Source: Bacillales bacterium
Lineage (GTDB): Bacteria > Bacillota > Bacilli > JARBTR01
Reading direction: 5' to 3'
Length of the DNA stretch: 53,279 nucleotides
NCBI GenBank assembly: GCA_031554275.1
Contig: JAVBKB010000023.1
Span: 1 to 53,279 of the forward strand
A program made the translations under genes and the position numbers. The notes under the pieces are model-generated. The model searched no databases. It was not told the DNA's origin and was given only the letters and a program-made list of their open reading frames with translations. Every line of letters begins with the position of its first letter. The stretch's first letter is position 1. Of the stretch, positions 31,086 through 41,169 are shown in pieces.

Positions 31086-31949
31086 CTATTTGTAAGCCAG
31101 TTGATCTCCTAGTAATTCCTTCACATATGTTGGTAGAGCAAATGCGCCAATATGAAGTTCGCTATTATAATACTTCGTTCTGAGACCTAACTCATTCCAA
31201 GTAACTGAATCGACGTCCTGCACTGGGTGGAGCTTTTTCGAAGCAAATCCAAATAACCAATGACCACTTGGATAAGTGGGAATATGCGCTTGATATGCAC
31301 AAGAGATTGGAAAGACACTTCGGATCTTATCTTGGGCACGCTTCATTTCCTTGGCATACTGTTCGAAGTAAGGCGATTCATTCTGATTGATCAGGATTCC
31401 CGTTGCTGTCAATGCGTCAAAACAATTCTGATAGAATGCTGTTGTGAATAACCCTTCTCCTGGACCAATGGGATCGGTTGAATCAACAATGATTAAGTCG
31501 TACGTATTTCTTTCTGACGCTTGCACCCATTTCAGGCCATCCTCAATGATGACATTGACACGTGAATCCTCGAGATTCGCTGCTGTAATCGGAAAGTATT
31601 CTTTGCATAGCTCGACAACTCGTTGGTCAATTTCAACCATGTCAATCTGCTCTATTGTGCTGTACCTTGTTAACTCGCGCACCGTGCCACCATCACCAGC
31701 ACCAATAACTAGCACTCGCTTGATCGCTGGATTGACGGCCATTGCTGGATGAACAATCATGTCGTGGTAGATAAATTCATCTTTTTCCGTTACCATCATC
31801 AGCCCATCCAACGTGAAGAACTTTCCGAATTCTTCACTTCGCAGAATATCAATTCGTTGGAAAGGTGATGTTTCACTATGTATCTGCTCATCAACCTTAA
31901 TTGAAAAGCGAGCTTCTTTTGACCATTCTTCTGTATACCATAATTCCAT
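31086..31949 (-). CDS. speE: Spermidine synthase
   Basis: DEFIYHDM, VLVIGAGDGG, VEID, IIVDSTDPIGP and IPTYPSG.W motifs. Confidence 0.96.
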   Translation of the reverse strand: MELWYTEEWSKEARFSIKVDEQIHSETSPFQRIDILRSEEFGKFFTLDGLMMVTEKDEFIYHDMIVHPAMAVNPAIKRVLVIGAGDGGTVRELTRYSTIEQIDMVEIDQRVVELCKEYFPITAANLEDSRVNVIIEDGLKWVQASERNTYDLIIVDSTDPIGPGEGLFTTAFYQNCFDALTATGILINQNESPYFEQYAKEMKRAQDKIRSVFPISCAYQAHIPTYPSGHWLFGFASKKLHPVQDVDSVTWNELGLRTKYYNSELHIGAFALPTYVKELLGDQLAYK

Positions 31950-31951
31950 TG

Positions 31952-32374
31952 CTACACACTCATTTCTTCCACAGGTTTGTAGGTGATCTCGCCAAGTGGT
32001 ATCGGACTAAACTTACGGATCTTATCCGTCATGCCACGAGGGATTTCAATTGACTCACTTCTTTCACTTTCGAAAATCTTTTCTAGATAATCAAATCCTA
32101 ACCATGGATCAATTTCACCACAGGTAAACAAATCTACAGCAGCATAGCCATATTCGGGCCAAGTATGAATTGTTAGATGCGACTCCGAAATAATTACTGC
32201 TCCACTTACTCCATACGGCTTGAAATGGTGAAAATCACTTGTCACCACAGTTGCCTTTGCGCGCACTGCCGCTTCAACCATATGCTGTTCTATAAAATCT
32301 GGATCAACCAGCTTTTCGCTATTGCAATTGTAATACTCGACCAAAATATGTCGTCCTAATGTGTTAAATTTCAT
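31952..32374 (-). CDS. speD: S-adenosylmethionine decarboxylase proenzyme
   Basis: LGRHIL, PYGVSG, ISE|SHLTIHTWPE pyruvoyl site and DLFTCG. Start ATG 32374 after AGGAGG. Confidence 0.95.
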   Translation of the reverse strand: MKFNTLGRHILVEYYNCNSEKLVDPDFIEQHMVEAAVRAKATVVTSDFHHFKPYGVSGAVIISESHLTIHTWPEYGYAAVDLFTCGEIDPWLGFDYLEKIFESERSESIEIPRGMTDKIRKFSPIPLGEITYKPVEEMSV

Positions 32375-32460
32375 TATCTTCCTCCTGCCTGTTTTTGAAA
32401 TACTGTCAAACTTTCTTGCAAATGCTTTTAATAGAAATTGTTTTTGCTTCAAGTGGGAAA

Positions 32461-32553
32461 AGCGTGTTCACACCAGATTTGTTGAATTCGATTATGATAC
32501 AAACGCCTCTACTGGTCTTACCCGGAATAGCGTGTTCGCACCAGATTTGTTGA
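32461..32553 (-). ncRNA. Candidate cis-regulatory RNA motif with 25-nt duplication in the speA-speD spacer
   Basis: TCAACAAATCTGGTG(C/T)GAACACGCT occurs twice (32529-32553 and 32461-32485, one mismatch). CTGGT of the first copy pairs with ACCAG. Confidence 0.5.
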
Positions 32554-32557
32554 GTCT

Positions 32558-34072
32558 CTATTTGATTTCCTCCGCAACTACAAGCAATGACTCTAGAGTT
32601 GGATCATTCATATCAGTTAGCTGCGAGGACTGCGTTTTGAGAAATTGAATGTAAGCAATGACTTCTGCGGTGATTTCCTCACCAGGTGTGAGAATTGGGA
32701 TACCAGGTGGATAGACCATGATTGACTCGGCACTTGTGCATCCCTCCGCTTGCTCAAGCACTACAGCTTTCTTCACTGCGTAGAAAGCTTGGCGAGGTGT
32801 TGCTTTAAACCTCGGATTAATATTTGGAACCCGGATATCTTTAGTTTCAATTTTACCGACTGCCTGCTTGGCAATTGCGTGCATAGCGGCGACTAGTTTT
32901 TGTAGATGTTCTTCTGTGTCCCCAAGACTGACAATCGCTAGCACATTGTGTGTATCTGCTAGCTCCATTTGAATATTGAAGTCACGATGCAATTGCTCGT
33001 ATACTGCAAAACCAGTGATGCCTAATCCTGCGACACAAATGCCTAATTTGGTTTCATCGATTGCTGTGACACCTGCAGTTCCGACTAATTCCTCTCCATA
33101 AGCATAGATCCCTGGAATCTGATTCAATTGAATCTTCGCTTCCCGTACCATCTGCAATACCTTATCTAATTGCGCTCTACCATTCCTTGCAAGATGACGT
33201 CTGGCAATATCCAAACTAGTCATCAGTAAGTAAGAAGCACTCGTTGTCTGTGTTAAATGAATGACCTTCTGCACATGCATATGTGTTACACGATCATTCT
33301 GTAAAAACAGCGCCGATGCCTGAGTCAATGCTCCACCTGTTTTGTGAATGCTAACAGCTGCCATATCTGCCCCACAGCTCATAGCACTTGGCGGTAGCTG
33401 CTCGTGAAATTCGAAATGTGCACCATGTGCCTCGTCTACCAACACAACAAGACCTTTCTCCTGCGCATAGGCTGTGATCTCTGCCAAGGGTGAACAAGCG
33501 CCATAGTAGGTAGGATTAATTAGCAGAATCGCTTTTGCGTCTGGATGTGCATCGATCGTTTCTTTAGCAGTTGCTAAACTTACCCCGGTAGCGAACTGCA
33601 TCTGCATGTTGACTTCCGCTTGCATGTAGACAGGAATTGCATCTGCTAGAATCAATGCATTGATTGCACTCTTATGCACATTCCGCGGCATAATAATTTT
33701 GTCTCCTGGCGAGCAAACTGATAGGACCATTGCTTGAACAGATTGAGTTGTTCCACCAACCATGAAAAAAGCATGCTCCGCTCCAAAAGCTTTTGCCATT
33801 AACATCTGAGCCTCATCAATCACACCCTCTGGGTGGTTGAGGTTATCAAGTCCTGGCATAGAGTTCACATCATATCGGATAGTTTCCCTACCGATGAAAT
33901 CCGTTAGACCCTCTATATAATCTCCGCGTTTATGTCCGGGGACATCAAACGGAGAAATGTTTCTCGTTACATGCCATTGCATCGCTTCCCACAAAGGCGC
34001 ACGATCTTGTGCAGTTTGAGAAGAAAGATCTCGTATCTTGCTTTGTATGATTTGCACAGATTCCTCATCCAT
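32558..34072 (-). CDS. speA: PLP-dependent arginine (Orn/Lys/Arg) decarboxylase
   Basis: FDVPGHK, PRNVHKS, VDEAHGAH, SIHKT (PLP lysine) and YPPGIP motifs; heads speD-speE-speB. Confidence 0.9.
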   Translation of the reverse strand: MDEESVQIIQSKIRDLSSQTAQDRAPLWEAMQWHVTRNISPFDVPGHKRGDYIEGLTDFIGRETIRYDVNSMPGLDNLNHPEGVIDEAQMLMAKAFGAEHAFFMVGGTTQSVQAMVLSVCSPGDKIIMPRNVHKSAINALILADAIPVYMQAEVNMQMQFATGVSLATAKETIDAHPDAKAILLINPTYYGACSPLAEITAYAQEKGLVVLVDEAHGAHFEFHEQLPPSAMSCGADMAAVSIHKTGGALTQASALFLQNDRVTHMHVQKVIHLTQTTSASYLLMTSLDIARRHLARNGRAQLDKVLQMVREAKIQLNQIPGIYAYGEELVGTAGVTAIDETKLGICVAGLGITGFAVYEQLHRDFNIQMELADTHNVLAIVSLGDTEEHLQKLVAAMHAIAKQAVGKIETKDIRVPNINPRFKATPRQAFYAVKKAVVLEQAEGCTSAESIMVYPPGIPILTPGEEITAEVIAYIQFLKTQSSQLTDMNDPTLESLLVVAEEIK

Positions 34073-34091
34073 TCCTGATTCTTTTTTAAGC

Positions 34092-34130
34092 TAAGTTTAT
34101 TAAGTAAATAGTTAAGTAGAACTAAACTTA
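34092..34130. promoter_or_regulatory. Candidate operator dyad upstream of speA
   Basis: AGTTAAGT-aga-ACTAAACT (34110-34128), overlapping the wider inverted pair TAAGTTTA...TAAACTTA. Confidence 0.4.
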
Positions 34131-34299
34131 CCGGCAAAAAAATTTGAATCAAACAATCTGATTCATTACTTTGTTTTCAAAGCGAATTTTATATTAAGTC
34201 ATTTTAAAACTTCAATCAATTATTTTGCCTTCCACTTTCCGAACTGCTTTCTGATGGGAGAATTACGACAAAACCTAACAGCTTTCAAAACAATTTCCC

Positions 34300-34344
34300 A
34301 AAAAAAAAACGGCAAAAACCGTGCTTCCTCAGCTGGTTTTTGCC
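34300..34344 (-). terminator. Terminator after ltaS
   Basis: GGCAAAAACC...GGTTTTTGCC stem with an A10 run on +. Confidence 0.75.
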
Positions 34345-34480
34345 TTAAATTTTCTCGTAATTGATTTATCCTTACTCTGGGTCAAAATAGTATGCGCTAA
34401 TAGACATTAATTTGTCTTGCTTTGTCAAATAGCAACGACACTTGATCCTCGCAAAATCGCGAAAATTGTTTACATCTTCA

Positions 34481-36442
34481 TTATGGTGATTTGTAGTAAT
34501 CTAAATCCACTTTCGTTGGCTTTAAATACTGATAATCATTTCGATCAATCGGCGTGAAATTTGGCGGAGTATAGAATCGTAGCAAGTCCTTGGTTACGAT
34601 CTGATCAGACGCATTTAATTTCTCTTTCACAGTTTCAATCAACTTGTCAGCATCTACTGGGGTCTCTGCTTCTAATCCAGTTGCATTGTCATAGAAAATT
34701 TCGCCTGTATATGTGTATTGAGGTGTGACAAAACTTGCGTTTCTAAACGGGACTATCCCTTGGTGTTCCGGTGACAAAATGTCTGAGCCCAATTCTAAAT
34801 AGTCCTTTGTATCAATACCTAACAAGTGTAGAATAGTTGGTCGCACATCTACTTCCCCACAATAAGTGTGATTAGGTCCACCCGTAACTCCAGGCGCATG
34901 CACCATAAACACTGTACGTTGCAACTGTGCAGTATCAAATGGGGTGATTTCTTCTTTATTCAAAACTTTTGCCATTGCATCATTGTAGTTCTCAGAGATA
35001 CCATAGTGATCGCCATACATGACGATAATCGAATTTTCATATAAGCCACTGGCTTTTAGGTCATCAAAGAACAGCTTTAAGGAGGTGTCTAAATAATTTG
35101 CAGATTGGAAATATTGATTGACAACCTTGTCGCCAAAATCTCCAACAGGAAATGTTGTATCCTGTTGATCCATTCCAAACGGATAGTGATTTGACAATGT
35201 GATCATTTTCGCAAAGAATGGCTGCTCCAGCTTCTTCATAATGGGAACGCTTTCCTTGAAGAACGGAATATCTTTCATGCCGTAGTTTTTCTTGTTTTCA
35301 TCTGTCATATCATAGTAAGCCGCATCAAAGAATTTATCATATCCCATTGATCGGTACATCTCATTACGATTCCAAAAGGTTTTGTAGTTTCCATGAAAGA
35401 CCGCTGAATTATACCCCTGATACTTTAAGATACCCGATAATGCTTGTTCAGTGTTTTGAGCTTTATTCACATATACTGAGCCCTGTGCCATCGGAAAAAG
35501 GGCTGTGTCCATCATAAATTCCGCATCGGATGTTTTTCCTTGACCTGTCTGATGAAAGAAATTATCGAAATAGAATGTCGTCCCATCGTGGGCTAATGAA
35601 TTTAGAAATGGGGTTACTTCTTGATTACCGATTTTGTAGTCAATCACAAAATTCTGCAATGATTCAAGCGAAATCAAAATCACATTTTTGCCTTGTGCTT
35701 TACCAAAGTAATCTGGGTTAGGTTTCACATAATTGGCCTTTATATAGTTGTCAACTGCCACTAAATCATCTGAGCCAGCCATTGCTCTTTGTGTCATTGA
35801 CTTGGTACTTTGGATGGCATCATAAATCGAGAAATTATAGACTCCTAGGTACTTTACCAAGTAGTTGCGATCAAAAGTCCGGGTAAGCAACTGTGGGCGA
35901 TCGATTTCTGCAAGTCCTAAGTTAATCAAAAACACACAAATCGCAGCGATTAGTGTTCGGCGAAATGCAGCTAAATGATTATTCACATATAGTGGTGCCG
36001 CTTTCTTAACAATCACAATCAAGATAACTATTGGATCAATGAACATCAGTATATCTGTAACACGCAGGAGTTCTAATACACTAGAACCAGAATTCTCTTG
36101 CGCTGACATAATGGTTGGAATCGTAATGAAATCACTAAAGAAGCGATAATACATCACATTTGCGAATAGCCAAATTGAAGAAATCAAATCCACTAGAAAC
36201 AACATTCTATATTGACCTTTTTTCTTAAACAAATAAACAAAACTGATGATCAATAATGTTGAACTTACTGGGTTGATAAATAATAAGAAATGCTGATAAA
36301 AACCTTCAACACCTAATTTAAATTGCGTCAAATATACTAGATATGTTTTGATCCAAAACAAAACAGCCGTTATTATGAAGATGGAATGATAACGTTTAAA
36401 GAATGCTTTTGGATTTTTCAAGGCTTTAATATATCGTAGCAT
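34481..36442 (-). CDS. ltaS: Lipoteichoic acid synthase (LtaS family)
   Basis: Five N-terminal TMs; DRPQLLTRTFDRNY.VKYLG, LESLQ, GQGKTSDAEF (catalytic Thr), LSNHYPF and YGDHYGIS motifs. Confidence 0.93.
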   Translation of the reverse strand: MLRYIKALKNPKAFFKRYHSIFIITAVLFWIKTYLVYLTQFKLGVEGFYQHFLLFINPVSSTLLIISFVYLFKKKGQYRMLFLVDLISSIWLFANVMYYRFFSDFITIPTIMSAQENSGSSVLELLRVTDILMFIDPIVILIVIVKKAAPLYVNNHLAAFRRTLIAAICVFLINLGLAEIDRPQLLTRTFDRNYLVKYLGVYNFSIYDAIQSTKSMTQRAMAGSDDLVAVDNYIKANYVKPNPDYFGKAQGKNVILISLESLQNFVIDYKIGNQEVTPFLNSLAHDGTTFYFDNFFHQTGQGKTSDAEFMMDTALFPMAQGSVYVNKAQNTEQALSGILKYQGYNSAVFHGNYKTFWNRNEMYRSMGYDKFFDAAYYDMTDENKKNYGMKDIPFFKESVPIMKKLEQPFFAKMITLSNHYPFGMDQQDTTFPVGDFGDKVVNQYFQSANYLDTSLKLFFDDLKASGLYENSIIVMYGDHYGISENYNDAMAKVLNKEEITPFDTAQLQRTVFMVHAPGVTGGPNHTYCGEVDVRPTILHLLGIDTKDYLELGSDILSPEHQGIVPFRNASFVTPQYTYTGEIFYDNATGLEAETPVDADKLIETVKEKLNASDQIVTKDLLRFYTPPNFTPIDRNDYQYLKPTKVDLDYYKSP

Positions 36443-36698
36443 TTTACCTTTTCCTTTATAAATGTTTTAGTCTCATGATTATATTCCCATTTTTCAGGTC
36501 TGGCAACTGTTATTATTTCTGATAATGCAATGATTTACAATCACCCTTTGCATTTTTCGATTCACAATTAGCATTATAGAGAGGAGTGGCAAGAGAGGAA
36601 ATTGTGACATGTAGGAAAATGTTAATAGGGGCTATCAATCAGATGCGAAGAAACATTCACACCACACTTCGGGGTTTCGCCTTTCAATTCTCGATTAG

Positions 36699-36725
36699 AA
36701 AAACGACCATGCCGTTGCATGATCG
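36699..36725 (-). terminator. Terminator after potD
   Basis: Minus strand CGATCATGC-aacg-GCATGGTCG-TTTTT. Confidence 0.7.
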
Positions 36726-36739
36726 CTTTCTTTGCTTGA

Positions 36740-37810
36740 CTAATTTGTATGCATTTTGAATTCAAGAAATAATTCATTATAGTAGGCGAGATTTCTTTTC
36801 CCCAAGTCTTCGTATACTTCTAATTTATTGGTCAGCTCTTCAGCTGGATAGAACCTTTCATCCCCAGTAACCTCTTCATCCATCAACTCTAGCGCTGCAA
36901 CATTAGGCGTTGCATAGCCAACATAATCAGCATTGGTCGCAGCATTCTCAGGATCAAGCATGAAATTAATGAATTGATGTGCGCCATCCACGTTTTTTGC
37001 ACAGGTCGGAATTACCATATTATCAAACCAGAGATTCGAGCCCTCACTTGGTACAACATAGTCCATTTCTTCATTCTCATCCATAATTTCCGATGCGTCA
37101 CCAGACCATACTACTGCTACACCTGCTTCATTGCCCGCCATCAACATCTTGATTTCATCGCCAACAATCGCTTTCACATTTGGTACGAGTAGATCCAGCT
37201 TTTCCTTTGCCTCAATTAAATGTGTTTTATCAATATCATTTAATGAATAGCCCAAGCTGTTCAATGACATCCCGATTTCCTCACGAGCACCATCCACAAG
37301 CAGAATTTGATCCTCGAGCTTAGGATCCCAAAGATCTTCCCAGCTCGTAATCTCCACTCCGGTTAGAGATGGATTATAAATGATACCTACAGTCCCCCAA
37401 AAATAAGGAATCGAAAACTCATTATTTGGGTCAAACGATAAATTCATAAAGCGTTGATCAATATTCTTTAGGTTTGGTAGCTTTTCTTTATCGACAGGAA
37501 TCAGAAGATTTTCTTTCTTCATCTTTGCGATTGTGTACTCAGATGGAACACAAACATCAAAGGTCACACCACCCTGTTCGATCTTCGTCATCATTGCTTC
37601 ATTGGAGTCAAACGTCTGATAGATGATCTTAATGCCTGTTTCCTCTTCAAACTTTGTAATTAGCTCAGGGTCGATGTAATCGCCCCAATTATACACAGTC
37701 AGGGTATTATCACCCGAAAACCCTTCTTCTGCATTCAAACGATTTGTTACGATTAGAAGTGCTGCAGACACAAAGATAATAATTAGAAATGTGTTTATTA
37801 GCTTTCTCAT
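36740..37810 (-). CDS. potD: Spermidine/putrescine-binding protein
   Basis: YNWGDYID, FDSNEAM, PSEY, PYFWGT, WSGDA and EGSNLWFD motifs. Confidence 0.95.
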   Translation of the reverse strand: MRKLINTFLIIIFVSAALLIVTNRLNAEEGFSGDNTLTVYNWGDYIDPELITKFEEETGIKIIYQTFDSNEAMMTKIEQGGVTFDVCVPSEYTIAKMKKENLLIPVDKEKLPNLKNIDQRFMNLSFDPNNEFSIPYFWGTVGIIYNPSLTGVEITSWEDLWDPKLEDQILLVDGAREEIGMSLNSLGYSLNDIDKTHLIEAKEKLDLLVPNVKAIVGDEIKMLMAGNEAGVAVVWSGDASEIMDENEEMDYVVPSEGSNLWFDNMVIPTCAKNVDGAHQFINFMLDPENAATNADYVGYATPNVAALELMDEEVTGDERFYPAEELTNKLEVYEDLGKRNLAYYNELFLEFKMHTN

Positions 37811-38607
37811 CCTTTAGCCTCCACTTCATGGCGCAGTCTTCTTTGCTCAATTGCATAGAATCCGATCACGATAATCATTGTGATCACGAAGATTATGGTA
37901 GTCAGTGCGTTAATATTCATAGAGATACCTCTACGTGCTAACGAGTAGATCTCGACAGATAGTGTTGTAAAGCCATTACCAGTCACAAAGAATGTAACTG
38001 CAAAGTCATCTAGTGAGTATGTCAAAGACATGAAAAACCCTGCAAATATGCCTGATGTGATGAAGGGCAAGATGACCTTCGTTAATACATTCCAACGATT
38101 CGCACCTAGATCCAGTGCTGCATCGATTAGTGTTGGACTCATTTCTTGTAATTTCGGTAGAACCATAATCACAACGATCGGTACACCAAATGCTATATGT
38201 GCAATTAGCACAGATGCAAATCCTAGCTTAATCCCGATGATCGTAAACAAGATCAAGAAAGAGGCACCGATAATGACGTCAGGGCTGACGATCAACACAT
38301 TGTTAAATGACAGCAATGTGTTCTTCATTCTTCGTGATCTTGAAAAATAGATAGCAATTGCGCCCAATACACCAATAATTGTCGACACTACTGCTGATAA
38401 CAGGGCGATGATGACTGTATTAAGGACAATAATCATCAACCGCGTGTCTTGAAAAACGTCTTTATAGTGCTTCAATGTAAAACCAGAAAACTTATTCATG
38501 TTATCTGCATCATTAAAAGAATAGAAAATCAGAAAGAATATCGGTGCGTACAAAACGATGAACACCAGCAAGAGATATAAATGGGAAATCTTAAACTTCT
38601 TCTTCAT
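37807..38607 (-). CDS. potC: Spermidine/putrescine ABC permease
   Basis: LYAPI...YSFN, EAA-type loop DAALDLGA and SLDDF motifs. Confidence 0.93.
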   Translation of the reverse strand: MKKKFKISHLYLLLVFIVLYAPIFFLIFYSFNDADNMNKFSGFTLKHYKDVFQDTRLMIIVLNTVIIALLSAVVSTIIGVLGAIAIYFSRSRRMKNTLLSFNNVLIVSPDVIIGASFLILFTIIGIKLGFASVLIAHIAFGVPIVVIMVLPKLQEMSPTLIDAALDLGANRWNVLTKVILPFITSGIFAGFFMSLTYSLDDFAVTFFVTGNGFTTLSVEIYSLARRGISMNINALTTIIFVITMIIVIGFYAIEQRRLRHEVEAKG

Positions 38608-39416
38608 TGTTTATGACCCCCTAGCTTCTTGCTGCCACCCATAAAGATCATCATGAGCACCATTGCAATGATTAAGAATACTGCAATCGTGGCACCCATG
38701 CCCCAATCTTGGGTCACAAGGAAATGCTGTTCAATCGCTGTTCCAAGTGTGATCACTCGATTTCCTGCGATCAATCTTGTAATCATAAACAGGGATAATG
38801 CTGGAATGAATACTGCCATGCATCCTGATTTAATACCATCCGTTACAAGTGGTAGAATCACGCGTCGGAATGTAATCCAACGATTTGCGCCTAAATCCTG
38901 TGCTGCATACACAAGTGATGGGTTCAATTCTTCCAAAGAATTGTAAACTGGTAACAACATAAATGGTATGAAAATATAAACCGATACAAAGATGAAACTG
39001 AAATCAGTAAATAAAATCTGTTGTGTGCCAATGCCGATGAATTCTAGAAAACTATTCGCACTTCCATGAGTACCGAAAATGCCAATAAACGCATATGCCT
39101 TTAGCAATAGGTTAATCCAAGTCGGCAAGATAATTAGTAGCACCCAAAGTCGTTTGTGTTTTGTCTTTGTTAGTAAATATGCTGTTGGAAATGCGACTAA
39201 CAAAGAGAATGCTGTAATTAGAAATGCATACCAGAACGAACTCAGTGTCATTTTTAAATAGATTGGATCAAAAAAACGCGCATAGTTATTGAGCGTGAAT
39301 TGATGATCCACGTCAAAAAACGAGTAGTAGCCAATAAGTGCTATTGGTGCAACGACAAAGAATACAATCCACAAGAGATAAGGAACGAGGTAGGTGTTTC
39401 GAGAATTATTCTTCAT
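38604..39416 (-). CDS. potB: Spermidine/putrescine ABC permease
   Basis: [14 protein letters not shown] and AAQDLGA motifs. Confidence 0.93.
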   Translation of the reverse strand: MKNNSRNTYLVPYLLWIVFFVVAPIALIGYYSFFDVDHQFTLNNYARFFDPIYLKMTLSSFWYAFLITAFSLLVAFPTAYLLTKTKHKRLWVLLIILPTWINLLLKAYAFIGIFGTHGSANSFLEFIGIGTQQILFTDFSFIFVSVYIFIPFMLLPVYNSLEELNPSLVYAAQDLGANRWITFRRVILPLVTDGIKSGCMAVFIPALSLFMITRLIAGNRVITLGTAIEQHFLVTQDWGMGATIAVFLIIAMVLMMIFMGGSKKLGGHKQ

Positions 39417-40509
39417 CTTCGCTTACCTCAGTAAACTCTTCAATTCGTTTATCGAAATCCTCCTCAGATTCGTTCAGTCGCATTACATGAATTGCTTCTG
39501 GTTCAAAGAACAATCCGATCTCATCGCCAACAATTGCTTGCTTCGTCGAGTGTACGAGCCACTCATTTTTGTATTCATCATAGCAACAGATCTCATAATG
39601 AACACCCCGAAACAACTGGGAGTCTACTTGTACCTTCAACTTACCCTTTTCGCGTGTGGTGATTTCCAAATCCTCTGGACGGATAACCACTTCAACCGTT
39701 TCACCCTTGTTGAAACCACCATCCATACAGTCAAATTGCTGTCCAGCAAACTCTACCAAGTAATCACGGACAACTTTTGCTGGTACAATGTTGGATTCGC
39801 CTATGAAATCAGCTACAAAACGATTGATAGGTTCATCGTAGATATCCATTGGTGTACCGCTTTGCTCAATTGCTCCTTGATTAATAACAAAGATCTCATC
39901 AGACATGGCAAGCGCTTCTTCTTGATCATGGGTTACAAAGATAAAGGTGATCCCCAATCGACGCTGGAGTTCACGTAACTCGTATTGCATTTCTGTTCGT
40001 AGTTTCAAATCGAGTGCTGATAACGGTTCATCGAGCAAAATGACTTCCGGTTCATTTACAATTGCTCGAGCAATTGCTACACGCTGCTTCTGCCCGCCTG
40101 ACATCTCACGAATCTCTCTATTTTCATAGCCCTTTAAATTTACGAATTTCAGTGCTTGCAACACTCTTTCCTTAACTTCCTTATTTGGTCGCTTTTTAAT
40201 CCGGAGACCAAAAGCCACATTTTCAAAAACATTTAAATGTGGGAAAAGCGCATAATCCTGGAACACTGTATTTACTTGGCGATCATTGGCCGGCACATTG
40301 TTCATTTCTTTATCATTGATCAAAATCTTGCCATCTGTTGGTTGAATAAACCCTGCAATTAGTCGCAAGATAGTCGTCTTACCGCAACCTGAAGGACCTA
40401 GAAGTGTGTAGAACTTGCCTTTCTCTATTTCAAAATTTATATCCTCCAACACAACAGTGTCGTCAAACTTTTGTGATACATTTTCAAATCGGATAATTGT
40501 ATTCGGCAT
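39406..40509 (-). CDS. potA: Spermidine/putrescine ABC ATPase
   Basis: [33 protein letters not shown] and [10 protein letters not shown] motifs. Confidence 0.96.
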   Translation of the reverse strand: MPNTIIRFENVSQKFDDTVVLEDINFEIEKGKFYTLLGPSGCGKTTILRLIAGFIQPTDGKILINDKEMNNVPANDRQVNTVFQDYALFPHLNVFENVAFGLRIKKRPNKEVKERVLQALKFVNLKGYENREIREMSGGQKQRVAIARAIVNEPEVILLDEPLSALDLKLRTEMQYELRELQRRLGITFIFVTHDQEEALAMSDEIFVINQGAIEQSGTPMDIYDEPINRFVADFIGESNIVPAKVVRDYLVEFAGQQFDCMDGGFNKGETVEVVIRPEDLEITTREKGKLKVQVDSQLFRGVHYEICCYDEYKNEWLVHSTKQAIVGDEIGLFFEPEAIHVMRLNESEEDFDKRIEEFTEVSEDEE

Positions 40510-40536
40510 TCCATTCCCTCCATCTAACTTAAGAAC

Positions 40537-40879
40537 AGCCTCCTGTAGAGCATGCCCAATATCGAAGGCATTTCTACAAGAAGCTTATCCTGTTTCCTGA
40601 TAAAAACATAAAATGGAAATGGCGAAAATCCCAATCTGCTTTGTCAGTCAAGTCTGCATAAGCCTGGTACCGTTCTACTCTAAGCTTTAGCTTAGGTGCA
40701 GAAGGGACAGCACAGTTTCCCGTTTTGGTCTAACCAAAGGTTAGCAACCAAAAGGACGAGAACAGTTTGTCTAAGTTCTAAAAGAGCTTGGCAACAAACC
40801 ACTGTTATGCTTCGCCTTTCCTTTCGCACATCTAGAAATTCTCTCATCTCTACTTTATGTTTTTATCTAGAAACAGGAT
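40537..40879 (-). ncRNA. Candidate large structured 5' leader RNA of potABCD
   Basis: 35-nt imperfect inverted repeat (40587-40621 / 40845-40879) enclosing three related hairpins, followed by a G-U-containing hairpin (40537-40585) just before the RBS. Confidence 0.6.
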
Positions 40880-40940
40880 TATTAAATTGTTCTAAAAAAA
40901 GTTTAATAATGCGTTACTTTTTGTTTAGTTTTACAATGAC

Positions 40941-40968
40941 ATTATACAGTAATCTTTTGAAATAGCAA
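40941..40968 (-). promoter_or_regulatory. Putative sigma-A promoter of potABCD
   Basis: TTGCTA-N16-TATAAT on the minus strand, just downstream of the ptb terminator. Confidence 0.5.
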
Positions 40969-40996
40969 GAATAAATAGCAAGTTTTTTGTAGCTGG

Positions 40997-41033
40997 AAAA
41001 AGCAAGAAAAACTCAAGCTTTTCCTTGCTTTTT
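40997..41033 (-). terminator. Terminator after ptb
   Basis: AAAAAGCAAG...CTTGCTTTTT hairpin. Confidence 0.6.
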
Positions 41034-41169
41034 GCCTCTATTCTGCATTGCGTTTTCATCCTCAAAATCGAGCGCTTTCTCTAGGTCATTCTTTCTGTGC
41101 TTTTTCATCAAAACGCTTGCTTCTTTTGCGGGTTATTTTCACATTGAGTTGATATTCAAGTTCTTGCTC

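Noticed and set aside
32375-32452. N-terminal extension of SpeD in the ORF track
   Set aside because: A strong AGGAGG precedes ATG 32374 and the family motifs begin there.
40696-40965. 89-aa plus-strand ORF in the potA upstream region
   Set aside because: No RBS and no protein-like features; it overlaps the structured leader and promoter.
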